Below, piece by piece: positions 11,998 to 25,700 of a stretch of 64,000 nt of DNA. The stretch's first letter is position 1. Every line of letters starts with the position of its first letter. Position numbers and translations under genes: made by a program. The notes beneath the pieces were generated by a model, which ran no database searches, was not told where the DNA came from, and saw only the letters and a list, made by a program, of their open reading frames with translations. The DNA is from Takakia lepidozioides (taxonomy: Eukaryota; Plantae; Bryophyta), in NCBI GenBank assembly GCA_030704615.1, contig CM060731.1:75020001-75084000 (forward strand), read 5' to 3'.

Positions 11998-12963
11998 TTG
12001 GCGTCTGAAGATCGATCCAGCGAAAATAGTCGGTGTGAAGAAGAGATTGGCACGGTTGCACCGCACATACAAGTCGACAGGGTTGACAGAACGACACAGA
12101 AAATTACATTGCTGAAGAATGTAGGAGACGAGAGCAACAGGTTGGCCAACCTCACATCAGGCATGGTTCATCAAGCTCCTAATTTGGAATTAAAAAGACT
12201 CAGTCAAGTAGCCTTGCCGGATTCCATGAAAGCAATCATTTTAGGATCACCGCTGGGAGTTGGGTCACTGAGAATACTGAAAGGCGACAATAACGCAAGG
12301 TTCTCTATTCGTCATAGCCATACGCAAGAAGAATATTTTCGGTGGAAGGTAGGCGCACTACATGAAGTCTCTGCACGAAGTTCTGTGCACTTTGGCCACA
12401 ACAAGAAGCTTTTCTTTCAGAGCCGAGACCTCGATGCGCTTACGGATATTCATGACGTCACACACGACCATAATCACCTCCTCATCCGCCGGCGATGGTT
12501 GAACCATCTGACACCGCTATCCTTGGCAGTTTGGTGGTGCGATGAAGGATCAATTATTTCCAATGGCCGCAAAGGTGTGTTGAGCACAGACGACTTTGAC
12601 AGAGTTTCTGTCCAACGCTTAGCTCAGTACTTGGAAACTGTTTGGAAAGTGTATGCGCATGTTGGACCTGTTCGACGAGTCCGGAAGGACCGGAAGGTTA
12701 GTGAAGTGAGTTATTACCGTCTTTGGTTCAGTGCAGAGGAGCTTAAGAAACTCCTTCGGGTCATCTTACCGCACCTTCCTGTGGCAAGCATGATTAGAAA
12801 AGTATTACTGGTGTACAAAGACCCAAAAACTCAGCTTAGCTGGATCTCTGAGATGAAGGAAGCTCTGCCACGTTGGTCTGAGCGCATTGACGAAGAGCTA
12901 GCCCATAAAAAGAAATTGGCCAGAAGTGTCCCAACTGGAGGGATTCATTCAGTCCATCTTTAA
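11998..12963 (+). CDS. Double-motif LAGLIDADG endonuclease/maturase-like protein (LAGLIDADG_2, I-SceI-like fold), probably nuclease-impaired
   Basis: Motif 1 IILGSPLGVGS (12235-12267) and motif 2 LAVWWCDEG (12523-12549), with typical ARFSIRHS..Q.EY..WK, LTPLSLA and STDDF segments. First in-frame ATG at 12163 (266 aa); in-frame stop upstream at 11977. Confidence 0.85.
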   Translation: MASEDRSSENSRCEEEIGTVAPHIQVDRVDRTTQKITLLKNVGDESNRLANLTSGMVHQAPNLELKRLSQVALPDSMKAIILGSPLGVGSLRILKGDNNARFSIRHSHTQEEYFRWKVGALHEVSARSSVHFGHNKKLFFQSRDLDALTDIHDVTHDHNHLLIRRRWLNHLTPLSLAVWWCDEGSIISNGRKGVLSTDDFDRVSVQRLAQYLETVWKVYAHVGPVRRVRKDRKVSEVSYYRLWFSAEELKKLLRVILPHLPVASMIRKVLLVYKDPKTQLSWISEMKEALPRWSERIDEELAHKKKLARSVPTGGIHSVHL

Positions 12964-14199
12964 ACTTCAGCTGAAAGCACAACAACAGCTGCATTTGGGG
13001 TCACAACCGTGCACTGTCTGAGCCAGAACTGGAGATTGAATGGAATTTGAGGTGAGGTGTTGGCAGGTCTGTATATCTCTCTCCCAATCCTCTCCCTCCT
13101 CAGCTAAGTCTGCCAATCTTTATCTCGAAATCTCTTATCTTCATTGTTTGAAGATACAATATTGTCCTTGTCTATTTTCTGTCAGATGCGAAAAGCGACT
13201 TCGTCTATATAACGTTGAAAAGTGACCATGGGATTGTGTACCCCAGCAGAAGACTATGAGCATGCTAAGTAGGAACTATCTCTAGGTCTGGTGGCACTCC
13301 ATTCAATTTCACACAGTCTCTGTAATGACCGAAGTAGATCTGACACCATCTGGTTTTACACTTGTATGCCAAGGCATTATTGGGTTGTCAAAAGTACACA
13401 TTGTTAGATTTTTCCCTTTTCTGTGTGGCAAAGTTGAATGTTCTATGCACCCCTGATTAATATGACCTTGTCTCATGGGGACTGGTTGCATTACTTGGTA
13501 CTTTTCTTATCAAAGTAATTTTCATTGTGCATTTTATGGTATTCTATGTTGTTGATGTTTCCCTACTGTATCTGCAAATCCCAGCTTGTTATCCAGCATA
13601 ATGTTGGAAGTAACAACTCTAACATGTTTTTCTATGCAATTTTATGCGGTCCTGGGTAAAGGAACCACCTCCTATGGTTTGAATGCAGTCTCGGGTGCTT
13701 GCAAGTCTACCAAGGAAATTTATCAAAGACATTTTTACCTCGTGTCTGACTGCTGAAAAAATGTCTGAGGCAATTGATGTGCGTCTCTCCTTTGCTGCAG
13801 GGTGGCCTCTTCGAGGCTTTTAACACACATTTCGCTGTGCTACACCTCCCAAATCAGCATCGCCTAGAACCATGCTACACACTGCAGGAGGAGTGTATGA
13901 GGCATGAACATTGCAGAAGTAGAAGAAAATCAAGGCAGGAAGCGTAGCCTCGAAGAGGCCCACTGTGAAACAGGTCCTTGATCCTCCATCTCTCTCTCAC
14001 TTCTGGCCGCATCCCTGCCGCTAGTTTTTTATGCTATATGTAGTTTTGACAATCAAAGGCCACAAGGCTACGGCAAACAACGTCTTATGAGTACATTGCT
14101 ATATGTAGTTTTTGAGTCTTTCCAACAGCTTGTTTTTGCAAGTTACTAGTTAACACTATCTGTACTGACCAGACATAATTTGTCCTTGGGATATGTAGT

Positions 14200-14971
14200 G
14201 ATCAAGAAGGCAAAACTCCTTCCCCAGAGCATGGTATCTTCCATTTTCGAGTCAAAGGGATCATTTGAAGACAGGCGACCCATTGTCTCGTCCGGAATGG
14301 ATGGAATTGAATCTTCCAGTTGCAGATATTGTGAAGTGGGCCTCCACCGACAGTCGATTTGCGACCAATGATGGACGATTCACATATATGGGAAGGGTCA
14401 AGTATTCCAGATTGAGACAACTGATCTCGCAACTCATTGTTGAAAGGGAGCGGAATTATGACTCTATCGTTAAGTTGTACGATTGATTGAACCAAGCAAC
14501 AGTGGATGATTTGTATATGGAATTTATCAAAAGCGGCAAGGAAGAGGCGCTCTTCATGGTCGTGCCATTGTCAACAACAGACAAAGCTATCGATGCAGTT
14601 CTTGTGGGATTTAGACGAGAGTCCAAGGGTTGCCATATTTGTATATAGCAGGCATGCAAGTGACCATAGGTGAACTCCCCAACCACCGGTACGCCTGCAA
14701 GGTCTTCCTGAGAAAGCTTGTAAAATGGGTGCCTTCAGGGCTCAGCATGGAGGAAGACATTTCATGGTCCATGAACTGGATCATCCCTGATGTAGAGATG
14801 CCCAATTATCCTGGACAGTACACTAAGGAGAAGGATGGATTCGAGGTCCGGAGTAAGAGTTACATAGGCAAGGGTGAGGTTGGCAATGAGGTTGATTGTC
14901 TCGAGGTTTTCACTATGTTTAGGCTAGTGGATAGTAGACTCAGTTTTTTGGACGGTTTCAAGTTCAGTTGA
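14200..14971 (+). pseudogene. Decayed PD-(D/E)xK-fold domain resembling Crinkler/RHS-type REase C-termini
   Basis: Joining frames gives FMVVPLSTTDKAIDAVLVGF.../LPYLYIAGMQVTIGELPNH (P..IDA..QxT..H signature). Premature TGA at 14484; frameshift near 14628. Confidence 0.5.
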
Positions 14972-16216
14972 AATGATTCACAACCCGCGAACGAGTCTCA
15001 GCCAAATGCAGAGAGCAACCTATCCTTCAGCATCTGCAATGTTATGATGACTTCAAGTCTGTTGCAGATTTTCACCCTACAGTACGAGGCAGACTTTGTG
15101 CCATCGCACCATTGATAGCCCAGCAAGTAACTGGCAGCATTACTGATTTGTTACTTCTGTAATTTTGATTGATCTGACAATAGATTGTACACTTCAGACT
15201 AGTATCATGCTAAAGCAAATTGATGCATGGTGGAAGAGTTGGACTACACAGAGATGTGTATATTGCGAAAGAGAGAAGGATTGCAGCACGCTTTTGTTTC
15301 TAATTGTGTTTAACAAAGGTACATTCTTTGTTTTTGACTGTAAGAGGCTGCCTAGTTCAACGCGTGATGATCATTGAATTTGTTAGCTTGGAATATAGTA
15401 CCAGTGAAAGGTGACCCACACTAGTCACAAGCCACATGCCAGAACAGAACCAAAATAAGACTGCAATCCTCCCACACCATGTGCCCTGTAAGGAATTGTC
15501 CAACTGCAGATTGGATATGATGGAAGGACAGGTGAATACTAGTCAGTACTCAACACCCACACATAAAGCGGCACAGGAGGATGAAAAAAAAAATATACTA
15601 GATGGCAAACACAGAAAACCCATAGGATGTGTCCGCAAACCCACTGCACCATGTAGGTAAGTTGCTATCCACCTTTAACACTCTAGGAGGGAAAAGACGA
15701 GAAAAATTGAGGAAACCAGGTGAATGCGAAGATGAGTTGAAGCCATTTGAATCAAGACAGCTGTGGCTGACTTGTCTTCGAAATATTGGCATTACTGCAG
15801 TGGTCCAGCATGCCCCTGTCATAACAGTTGTGTATACACAGGCTACAATTTCTAGTCTCTGCATCAATCAAACTGGCCTCTATGATAGGATACACCATGT
15901 TTTCTGTTCATCTGATTTTTGGCTCTTCAAGGGACTTGTATTCTGTCACATTTCCTTAACAAAACCATTCTACTACTGCTGGGGTTAATCCCACAGTCGC
16001 CAAGTATTAGAAACCAGTCTCCTGTGGGCCACCAGGGGTAGCACAAAATTCCAGACCATGGGTCACCTCTCTTTTGCTCTTGCTACATAAACCCAACAGG
16101 ACTTTAGACTACAAATGAGTCCAGCTACTATCTTAAGACAAGAAAATACAACCCCAAAAATTGGTGAGGTAAAGAATTTTGCAACAGCTCTAATGTAGTC
16201 TCCATTTGTACACTTC

Positions 16217-19200
16217 TTACCGTCGGCGACTAACAAAAAACTCATAGTCTGAATGCTTTGACCCATGGGCACTGCCGGGCAACCCTCGGGACATGACTGC
16301 CGCTGCCTCCTGCATCCAAAACCAAATGTTACTGAGTGTCCAGATGAGGTTCAGAGGTGAAAAAAGATGTAATTCACAGGGCTTTTCCACTGATCTCTTG
16401 TACTTCTGATATCTCGATTCACAGATTTTTCTCGTGTACCCTGTTTAAATTCAAGGAGAGTACACCGGATTCTGCATGGAAGATAGAGGGAGAAAGAGAG
16501 AGAGTCTGATTAGAATGTCAGGAAGTAGACGAAGGCTGCATCAAAAATCCAATTCAAGCAGGAACTAAAAGTATTGAACCTGACCTGCAAAGAGCACAAG
16601 CGCTCCCTGAGAGTCTGGGCCAGGTCGATGTTCAACCTCTCTTTCCCGCCATGTGTGCTGTGTGCTGCCTCTGCATGTGTCCCTACTGATAACCAGCGCT
16701 CCACCTGAAGGGTAATATCAGATTTCTCAGACAGAGTTAGCTATGCAAAACATACTATAGTGCACAAATAAGTCCTGAAGATCATACCCTCTGTAATGAC
16801 CTGATTCTAAAAGTAGAGAGCAACCCACTGGGAAAAAAACAGAAAACAAACCAACTACACCCTCAAGATGTATCAGTGTCCCATAAGGGCGTAACCACAT
16901 GATTAGCATCGTGCCTTTCCCACTTCACTATTGATTGGAGGCAAAGTGTACCAGGGACACAAATTTTGCCTATTTTCTGCGTGGAACCCTGAGGGCATAG
17001 TCCCGATTGTGTAATAAGCCTCATGGGAGCCTGCCACCTGGTGGGTTCTTAACCCACTGGTTTGGAGGTTCATCCTGAAATTGCATTGCTGTTCAAGAAC
17101 TGACAAAAATCTGATTACACGAGTTCGGTGATTGACAGGATGGCATTGACATCACACTGGGGACATGATGTGAACGACATCGGGGAGTGAGAGAACGAAG
17201 GCAAGAAGTGCAAAATGAAATATATAAAGTCCACTGGTGAAAAGAGAGAGACCTGGGTATTGTAGCATTCAAGACCAACCACCGGAAAAGACAGGCGGCC
17301 ATCAGGCAGACCACCAGATTCACCCAGAGCATGACACAAATTGCTACTCCAGACACAATGGTTCAATGAATGGTACGTCAAAAAGACTGATCGCAGTGAG
17401 CCATCAGGTATCACGTAGATGGGATACCAAGCCACCGCAAACCTGAGCAAATGGGCAGGTAATGTTACAATGACCAAAAAAAAAAAATTGTGCAGCTACA
17501 ATGCTTAACCCTAACAGCTGAAGATGAGAAAAGCACGAAAACTGCATTGATGGGAAAACAAAGACCTTCCAATTATGAGCCAATGGGATGAACTGCAGCC
17601 ACATGTGGCTTGGTTACTTTCTGTAAGCACTAGAAAAAAGAAGAAATTCACAGTGACAACAATTCCACTGAAGCCCCAAGAACGAATAAACCCCAACCTT
17701 TGGGCCCCGACTCCATCCACCCTCTCCCAGAATTCTCTCAACTGATCTCTTAGATTGTGCAGCAAGAATTTCTCATATTCACGTGACCCTCCTATGGCAT
17801 GAGCAAATGTATGCAGACATAGGAGTGAACTCTGTGAAAATGTCAAGATCCAAAGGAGTGCAAAAGAAAACACACCAGGAGGCAGGATGAAGGTCACTCA
17901 GTCGGGCGCTACTAAGCACAGCCCGGTCACCAGAGCTCTGGCCACCGGTCATAGTTTCGCCTTTTATCAACTCCTGTACCCTGCATGTAAAAAGGTCGGA
18001 CACATTTGTCACTGTGACCAAACCACGTTGAAGAGAGAAGAAAGAGTTCATCAGAACAGTGAAGTGTATCAAGTAGAAGGGAAGCCCAGTTCTTTGTTGC
18101 AACATAGCAGAATACACCATGGTAAAACTTCAACGATGTTTAAAGTTACTTGAACATACTTTTGCAGAAATGGCCGGCGCTGTGAAGGCTGATCACACTC
18201 AAAAAATTCATAGAGAAGGTGGACGGACGTGGCAGGACTTGCAGGGAACCCCTGCCCCCCAGTATGACCAGACACCGTCCCCAGAGTCGGCAAAAGAGTG
18301 GCCAGCATGTCACTAATTTGGGAATTGCCCCCGTGCAGAGCAAGGGAAACTGGGTTCCCATTCTGAACTCCTCCACCCTGCTGAACCCTTGCCCCCTTCA
18401 TATCACTGTGGTCTGAACCACAATCACAAGCTATGGACCCCTTGTAACCAAATAGCTGTATCCCAGAGAGGTACGGTACAAAATATGCAAGAAACGAGTT
18501 CCCTTCTGACCAGTTCTGACCAACACTAGGCACCCTGACTTCAATCCCACAATTACTCGGTTCTTCGTACCACTGCCAGATGGCATTCAGGGGCACATTG
18601 GTCAGCCGACTCCGGCAGACACCCTGTGACCTGTCACCTTCCCCCACACCCATTGAACAATCACAGGATCTTTGTGGATGTCCGAGGAGCATCTTGCTGG
18701 ACTGTTGGGTCTGGGCCACTGGTTCAATTGTTGGCACCACGGCATACAACACTCTCTCAAGTTCTGCCACAGGGGCGCCAACAGCCAATGCAACTCTTTC
18801 ACAAACTTCCCTTGCATGGTTAGAGGCATGAATGGCATCTGTCATCAAAAGAGCCAGTTGTATATCTTCACAAACCAAATCACTCTCAAGCCTGAAATTT
18901 ATATCCCTACTATAACCCTCACTCTGCATTGAACCTATTGATGCCCCCGGGGTGACTTTATTGGGAAAATTTGCACTTGTTGGAGACTCTCCTGACACAA
19001 TATCAGTAGAGCCCAGCGGCTTATCTTCTAGTCTTGCAGTGACACCCTGCCCACCATCACATTGTACCAGATTGGTGGATTGACCTCTAAACCCAGATAC
19101 TTCCAATGGGTCAGCTGGAACTGAAGAATGTGTCAGCAGAGTTGCTCCATTTCCTGTAGGCTCCAGCACATCTTGCTCTGGTAAACTAACACTGGCGACA

Positions 19201-22200
19201 CCTAAGGAGAATGTTTGCAAACCCAGGGGTGTTGATGCCTGTGAATCATGCTTCACCACAACAGATGATTCCATGTCCCCCTCATTGCCAGTATCCAACT
19301 GTGTATTGACTCCTTTGTGCAAATAAATACCTTTGTCCTTAATCTCCTCCATGATGCAGGCCCTGCTGTCAGGCTCTAGCATTGGACATGCCAATTCAGC
19401 CTTGCTGTCACTGCACGAGCTACTGGAAGGAAGGCTTTGACCTTCAACAGATGGTCTAGACTCGCTACTGCCACCCCCCCTCAGTACTCGTGGGCCATTC
19501 TTCTGTACCCATTTGAGCACTGTAGATGGTACTAGCACACGCTCCTTTTCTGGCCCCCATCTCTCTCCTCCTAATCTCTTCTCTTGGTCTGCAGTTGCTC
19601 GCCTCCCCACCTTCCATCGTTGTCCACCTTCCTCCAGGTTCAGCTGTGCTTCAGCAACCTGGCCTCTGCCGGCTCCCCAACTCATTTGGGCCCTAGACTG
19701 AACCAAAGGTGTTGGAGAAATCACTGAAGTACCCACATGTGTCGGGAGATGACCCCTCAGGTGAAGATGAGTGGTTGACTCTTCTATCTGAGGGACATAG
19801 GCCTCTCCTGACTGATTATGAGGGGTGGAAGGTGCTGACCGGGATCTACTTGCAAGCAGATTGTCAAGGGCCTGTGAGTCCTTGGCAATTGGGACATCTT
19901 GGAGGAAGTGCACATTCAATGGGCGTAAACTGAGATTCTTCACTCTGGCAGGGCCAGAATGTGCTGGGCTTTCAGGTGTATTCTTCAACCCAGACTGCTG
20001 CTGCTCTTCTAAGCCATTGGCAGGAACCGGTATCTTCTTCAGCCAGGTTCCTTTCACCATCTCTTGACTTGGCAGAGCTACCTCTTTGTAACGATGTCGA
20101 AAGCCACCCACATTAGGCATTGCCATATCTGACCCCACACTTGCATGGTTCGCTTCAAAACCCCCCTTAAAACTGAGATTATTTACTGCACAGGATTTTC
20201 GGCTAGAGGTCCAATGGGAATGACCATCACCTTTCTTGGCATTGTGATCTAAACTCCCCACTGCATTCCCATTGCTTAAGGGAACTTCTGAGACAGAACT
20301 CCATATGTTATGAGTGACTTGCGGAGCATTCTTAGTAAAGGGGCCTCCTGCAGAATTGCTTCCGGGGATTGCCTCAGAATGGTACTGTGTTTGGGGATGC
20401 AACTTCCGACCCAGTGTTCCCTCACTGGAATCACCAGTGCATGGCTGGGCTGCCTCAATAATGGGCAACTCATCTTCATGGGGTCTCTGTACTTTTTTCC
20501 AGAAGGAATGTATGTTCTCTTTGCCACCCGCAATGCTACTGAAAGTAGGCACCATGGTGCTGAAGCTGGTCCCACCACTCCCATTCAAGAGAGTTTCACC
20601 GGCCCTTCGCCCTCGATGCTCTAGGACACTCCCACTGCTTTTCTTCCTCTGCAAAGGGTGCTCCACTGCCTGCCTGTCCCCACTTCCCCCCATTTGAAAA
20701 CCATGTCTAGTATGTACTTCATCAGGCTCAACCAGACCCCTCTCCTTATTACCATTTCCTGTTTCATACTCCCGGTGCCGACTATCGCAACTGCCCCCGC
20801 CATTACCATTACCCCTATTTTCATTCCCACCTCCGAAGCCCAGGCCCCTGGCCCCCCGACCGCCCCACTAATGTTTGTACCCCCAGTTCCACTTCCTAGA
20901 CTTGCCCCCCCTCCAGAGCCTTGGTCATTATTTGCCACACTGTACCCACTTGAGACCCTCTTTCGATCGTCAAAGCCCTTCCCATGTCCTCCTCCATTAC
21001 TCTCAACAGCACCACCACGTCCATTCCTGCCTCCTGCACTGCCATTCCCTCGTGTGCTTACCCGAGGATTCTCACTATTTCCTTGTGAATCCCCATGAGG
21101 GGGAGCATGACATACTCTTCCAGACATTGAAGGGCTCTCTGCTGGTGGATCAGGCTGCCAATCATCAGAACCATTGATTCTGATAGAGGGAGAAGCCAAC
21201 CTTCCATCAACTGTAACGGAAGTTGCCATGACTGCCTTCAACAATTCCAGAGGTGCAAGCCTGCCAGAGTTTACACAGTAAGCAGCTGCCTTTAGCAACC
21301 CACTAGGTAAAGCCTTTTTCCCAGCTCCAGCCATCTCAGACTTGACAGCCCCAATTTGACCATTGCAATGTCTATCTACAGTTTCGAGCACCTTTCCAAA
21401 ACCTCTCCGGGCTGCAACAACATCACAGGTCTCTCCAAAATCGGCCAAATCTCCTGGCTCATCGCTCTCACCTCCAAACGTAGACCAATCCCCTTGCCCC
21501 TTTCTTCTACCTCCAGCTCCAGTTTCAGTTCCTTGCCAGTCACTCCTACCATCAGGGCTTCTTTGTTTCCAAGTCTGCCTGCCCTCTTCCCCACAATCTT
21601 GCTGGCTGACGGAGCCATTTGGGATTTGGTGTGAACAGAGGTTGCTACCCAGTGATCTTTCTTTGTCATTGTCATAGTTAACTGCTCTCTCCTCCATGTA
21701 TGTGTCATTGAAATCTGGGGTTTGTCCCCTAATCCTAGTCGTCGTACTTGAAGTTGAGTCCTCACTAGGGTAGTGACAGTGTCCATCTTCCAAGCACTCA
21801 ATGGAACTGAACTCGTTAAGAAGGGTATCCTTACCAGTCATGCCAAGATCCCCATTCTCAAATGACTCTGGCAAAGGGTTTGCACCCTGTGAGTCCCCAG
21901 CGGCCAATAGCTCTGATGATCTTACACCAGAATCTTGAGTTACTGATTCGATACTCTCCTCTACCACAGTCCTGAACGCCTTCTTTTTTACCTTCTTCTT
22001 CTTCTTCTTCTTCTTCTTCTTCTTCTTGGACTGCTTGACTACTGAGCCTTCATTCAAAAGAAGGGGGCCCGCTGCACATACCTCAGTCAGATTTTCTGCT
22101 TCTGCAGCAAACCGATTAACGAGATTAAGTCAGTTTTGGCTAGTAAAAGATTCAATCGCTATAACATCCAACTCCTCAGGGTTTTCTGCACCCACCTGCA

Positions 22201-22783
22201 GATGAGACTCCACTAGAATCAGGTATTATTGGATCTTCTGTTGACATAGAAGGAGCATGGTATTGGTTGTTGAGCTGGAGCCTCAAATAGTCTGCCCTGT
22301 CCTCAGCAATGTGTGTCGTGGAAGGATGACCACCAAGAGATCTCCAATTTTCAGACCGGTCGGATGGTGCCTTTTGATTGTCACAGCCAACTTTTCCCGG
22401 GCTATAATCTGAAGTCAAAGGTGAAGTTGATAGGCTAAGCACTTCCACCTCTTTAGGTGCATTCTGGGATTCAGGCCTTCCCTCATAAACTTGCTGCAAG
22501 GATGGTATTGGCAACACGAGTTGCCTTGGAGTGCCCACAGGTACTGTAATGACCGTTAGCACCAAGCACCTGCATGTCAAAATGCTAGCTCCTTTGATAT
22601 GCTATAATGCAAACCTGGCTTGAGTTGCCAAAATCAAATCTCACTGCTGTCCTAGTCTCCTAGTCTCTTTCAGATGCATGCAAAAGACCTTAATCCACTG
22701 ATCCATAAGTCAGGTTGGGTGCCCACTGTATGGGCCCGAACATCTCCTGGTTCTTTCCTTTCCACTATAAGGTGTCCTCTCCC
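16217..22783 (-). CDS. DUF789-family protein with a long low-complexity N-terminus; multi-exon, true start upstream and not resolved
   Basis: NVPLNAIWQWYEEP, FLAYFVPYLSGIQLF, LLYEFFECDQPSQRRPF, DLHPASW|FAVAWYPIY, FPVVGL, and C-terminal HSDYEFFVSRRR*. Exons: 16217-16309, 16585-16704, 17253-17442, 17876-17980, 18160-22101 (with a 1-nt frameshift near 20865), 22196-~22568, ~22688-22783. Confidence 0.85.
21980..22027 (-). repeat. (AAG)n microsatellite encoding a poly-Lys tract (SKKKKKKKKKKKKVKKK)
   Basis: Run of ctt/ttc triplets inside the DUF789 exon; NLS-like. Confidence 0.9.
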
Positions 22784-25700
22784 TAAACAAACAAACACTA
22801 CACTGGCAACTGGACCTCCCTATCAAGCATGTAAATAAGTTGGATGAATACAAAGAGAAGATTATGTAAGGACATTCTTGAAGGACATGACAAGTCACTA
22901 TGATTGTGCAATGTATTCCGGGGCCTCCCCACAGAGGTGCCTCTTTGCCTTCTCTTGTTCTACTGTGTTCCATAGGCATGCTGGGCCTCCAGCAGACATA
23001 TAAAATCATTTTCATTTCCTTCACTATCTGTATCTCTATAATGTATGGACCACTCACTTGAGTTGAGAAGTGTCCTTGGAAACAACGGCTGTGAATTCCA
23101 AGTCCTGGAGAACGAGTTTTGTCTGTTAGTTCTATGTGCATGTCCCACATTGAATTCTATTGCCGACCTCAAGAGAAGACAACAAAAGCTTTTCAGACAA
23201 AATCAGGAGGTTTTTCCTCTCAGCTTACTTCCACCTGTCACCAAACTGAGTCACTTCAAAGGGACTCCTGTGTGGAGGCGCCAGTGAGAAGAAAGAATAG
23301 ATACCCATAAGAGACCTCAAGGCTTATGGGACGAGGAGAACCTTGCCACAGGGGATGAAGTGGTTGTTTTGGCCGCGGGTCAAGCAAATGGCCTTATTGA
23401 TGTGTGCCAAAAACTGGGCATCTCTACCTGCCACTCCCTTCTCTACAATTTGCTTCCTCGGTCCCAGGTGGTGGCGCATTTGACAGCTCTGCTTGTACTG
23501 CCCCTGTATCCAAAGCCCCCAGGTCCTGTGAGGCTAATTGCGTGTATGAACTCTTGGTAATATTGCAGAAAGTGTTTATTGATTGAAAAATCACCCTGGG
23601 GACATTGCCAGCCTTGCCATGCTCCCTTCAGTATTTCAACCCAACCCATTCCTCTGTCTGTCTTTGTCCATCTTCAGCTGTTTTGAAATACCAAGCAGAG
23701 CAGATGCAGAGGGTGTTTGATGCCACAGAATCTTTCAGGCCCTAGAAGACGAGCATTCCAAGAAGTTGGCAGCACTTTTATCTATAGCTTGACTTTGAGC
23801 CACAATTGAATGTGTATCTTTTCACAATCTCCCAGTTTCCTCTCACATCCACAAACCCCTTCTCTTCCTTCCCCAAACAACAATTTGGGTTGACTGATTC
23901 TGACTGTTGACTTCTGCAACACTAACATCTCTTCTTTCCTCTGTTCTTGTCTCCCGAACACACTCTGCCAAAGCTTAGAGGCACTAATGGTAGTAGGGGG
24001 ACAAATACTAAATGAGGCCCTTACTGGTTGTTGCAGCATGGACAGCTCAGTATGTACTTCTCCGCCATTCATTCGATAGACAAAAGGCTCTGGCACTGCT
24101 CCCTTGCCCAAAAGGATCACTGCCGTTGTTCTGTACTCGAACAGATTATGAACCTGAATACACTGCATATTAGCATGTTCAGAAAATCATCCTTCAAACT
24201 TGAGAGGCTGGAACGAACTAATCTTTGCCAAAGCAATAAACACTTACAAATCAGACGTGAGTCAATCTGCTGTTCACTGTATGCAGTTTGCTTTGCGTCA
24301 GCACCATCAAGAGTCTAATGTGTGGTAGCAGATTCGACATCCAAGGTTCTGTAGATCTTATCTCGCAACAACTGATATGTACACAAAACGTTTTCTTGCT
24401 TTAGGTCGATACACTTGCATAATCTGCCTCTGGGCAATAAGGCTCACATGGATTTATTACACGCAACAACTGGAAAAAGGCATACGTAGGATTACAGAAC
24501 AATCAGATTTGTAATTTAAGGAGAGGGCCTTCCAAGCTGCTGCCGTAGCAAACCAGACACAAATGCTGCCCAGATAGCTCCAATGAAATAAGTGCTCATG
24601 ATCTTATTCTCGACCGGTAGGCGGAGGCCAATTGATGCTAACCTCATGGGAGTTTGGTAGGGCCTTTGCTGCCTTTGTTGGTGGGCGCCCAACTGCCAGG
24701 CATCTGGTACCCACTTATGTAACTAGACGCTGTCACATGGGACTGCATACACACATCTTCACACACACAACGCTGAGAGAGGAAGTCGTGCAAGACAGTT
24801 GTGTACAGGGGCCTGATGAAACTTGGCACTCCTGTGATTGTGGCAGAATCTGAACTAACCGTCCACAATTCAGACAACCCAGGAGTAAACCTAAGCTATT
24901 CACAAGAGAGAAGATCTATTATGCAGCCGACTTTCCCAACAGGGCACTCCTCAACTCCAGATTCAACGCTACTTGAAACGAAGCCTCTTCAGACTATGCT
25001 TCTACCAGATCTGGCTTCGTCTCAAAGGCCCTGCTCATGGGAGCCTGCACTGAATCTCCATGGTGGAGCCATGCAAACCAGAAAGCTAATGGGAACATAA
25101 GAAAGATAGCACCTAACTGTATGGCTGATTTCACCTACCAAAACGAAGTACTGAACAGCCGAGTTATATTCGCGAGGCACGCGTCCAGTGTAGTGCCACA
25201 GATATTTTTTTCCTTTCGGTTTTCAAATCACTTCGTGGTCTTCCCGAAGCCAATCATATCAAAGAAAAAGAAAACTGTCATACCAATGCGAGATACTTGC
25301 TCCCTTGGTATCTAAGCAATGGCCGTTCCGAAGCCTCATCTGTTTGGAAGCACGCCTCCAGCCTATCAACCACAACAACTCTCCGCATTTGCAAAGAAAA
25401 AATCTGAGTCGTGATCCCTGAACTGAAGTGTTTGGTCTAATTTCCGTAACCCACATCCCAACCCCGCCGGAAAGTGAAAGGGACATACAGATGTAGATGT
25501 CCAGTCACTTTCCAGCCTCTCCCGCCACATGAGATTAGAAGTTGAATCCTAGAATATGTCAAAACTCCTCCGCCACTATGGCGGGCATTCTCTTCCATCT
25601 CCTGTCGTCACTTGTGGAGCAGCGTGGAAGTAAATTGTTTAAGGCACAATGATTTACGATAGACTAGGAAGGAAATGTGGAGCAGCGAGGAGGGGATCGT

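Noticed and set aside
12250-12252. CCG (Pro) in LAGLIDADG motif 1 as an organellar C-to-U editing site (Pro>Leu), implying a NUPT/NUMT
   Set aside because: Single instance, no organellar flanking sequence, and editing would not restore the Asp>Val change.
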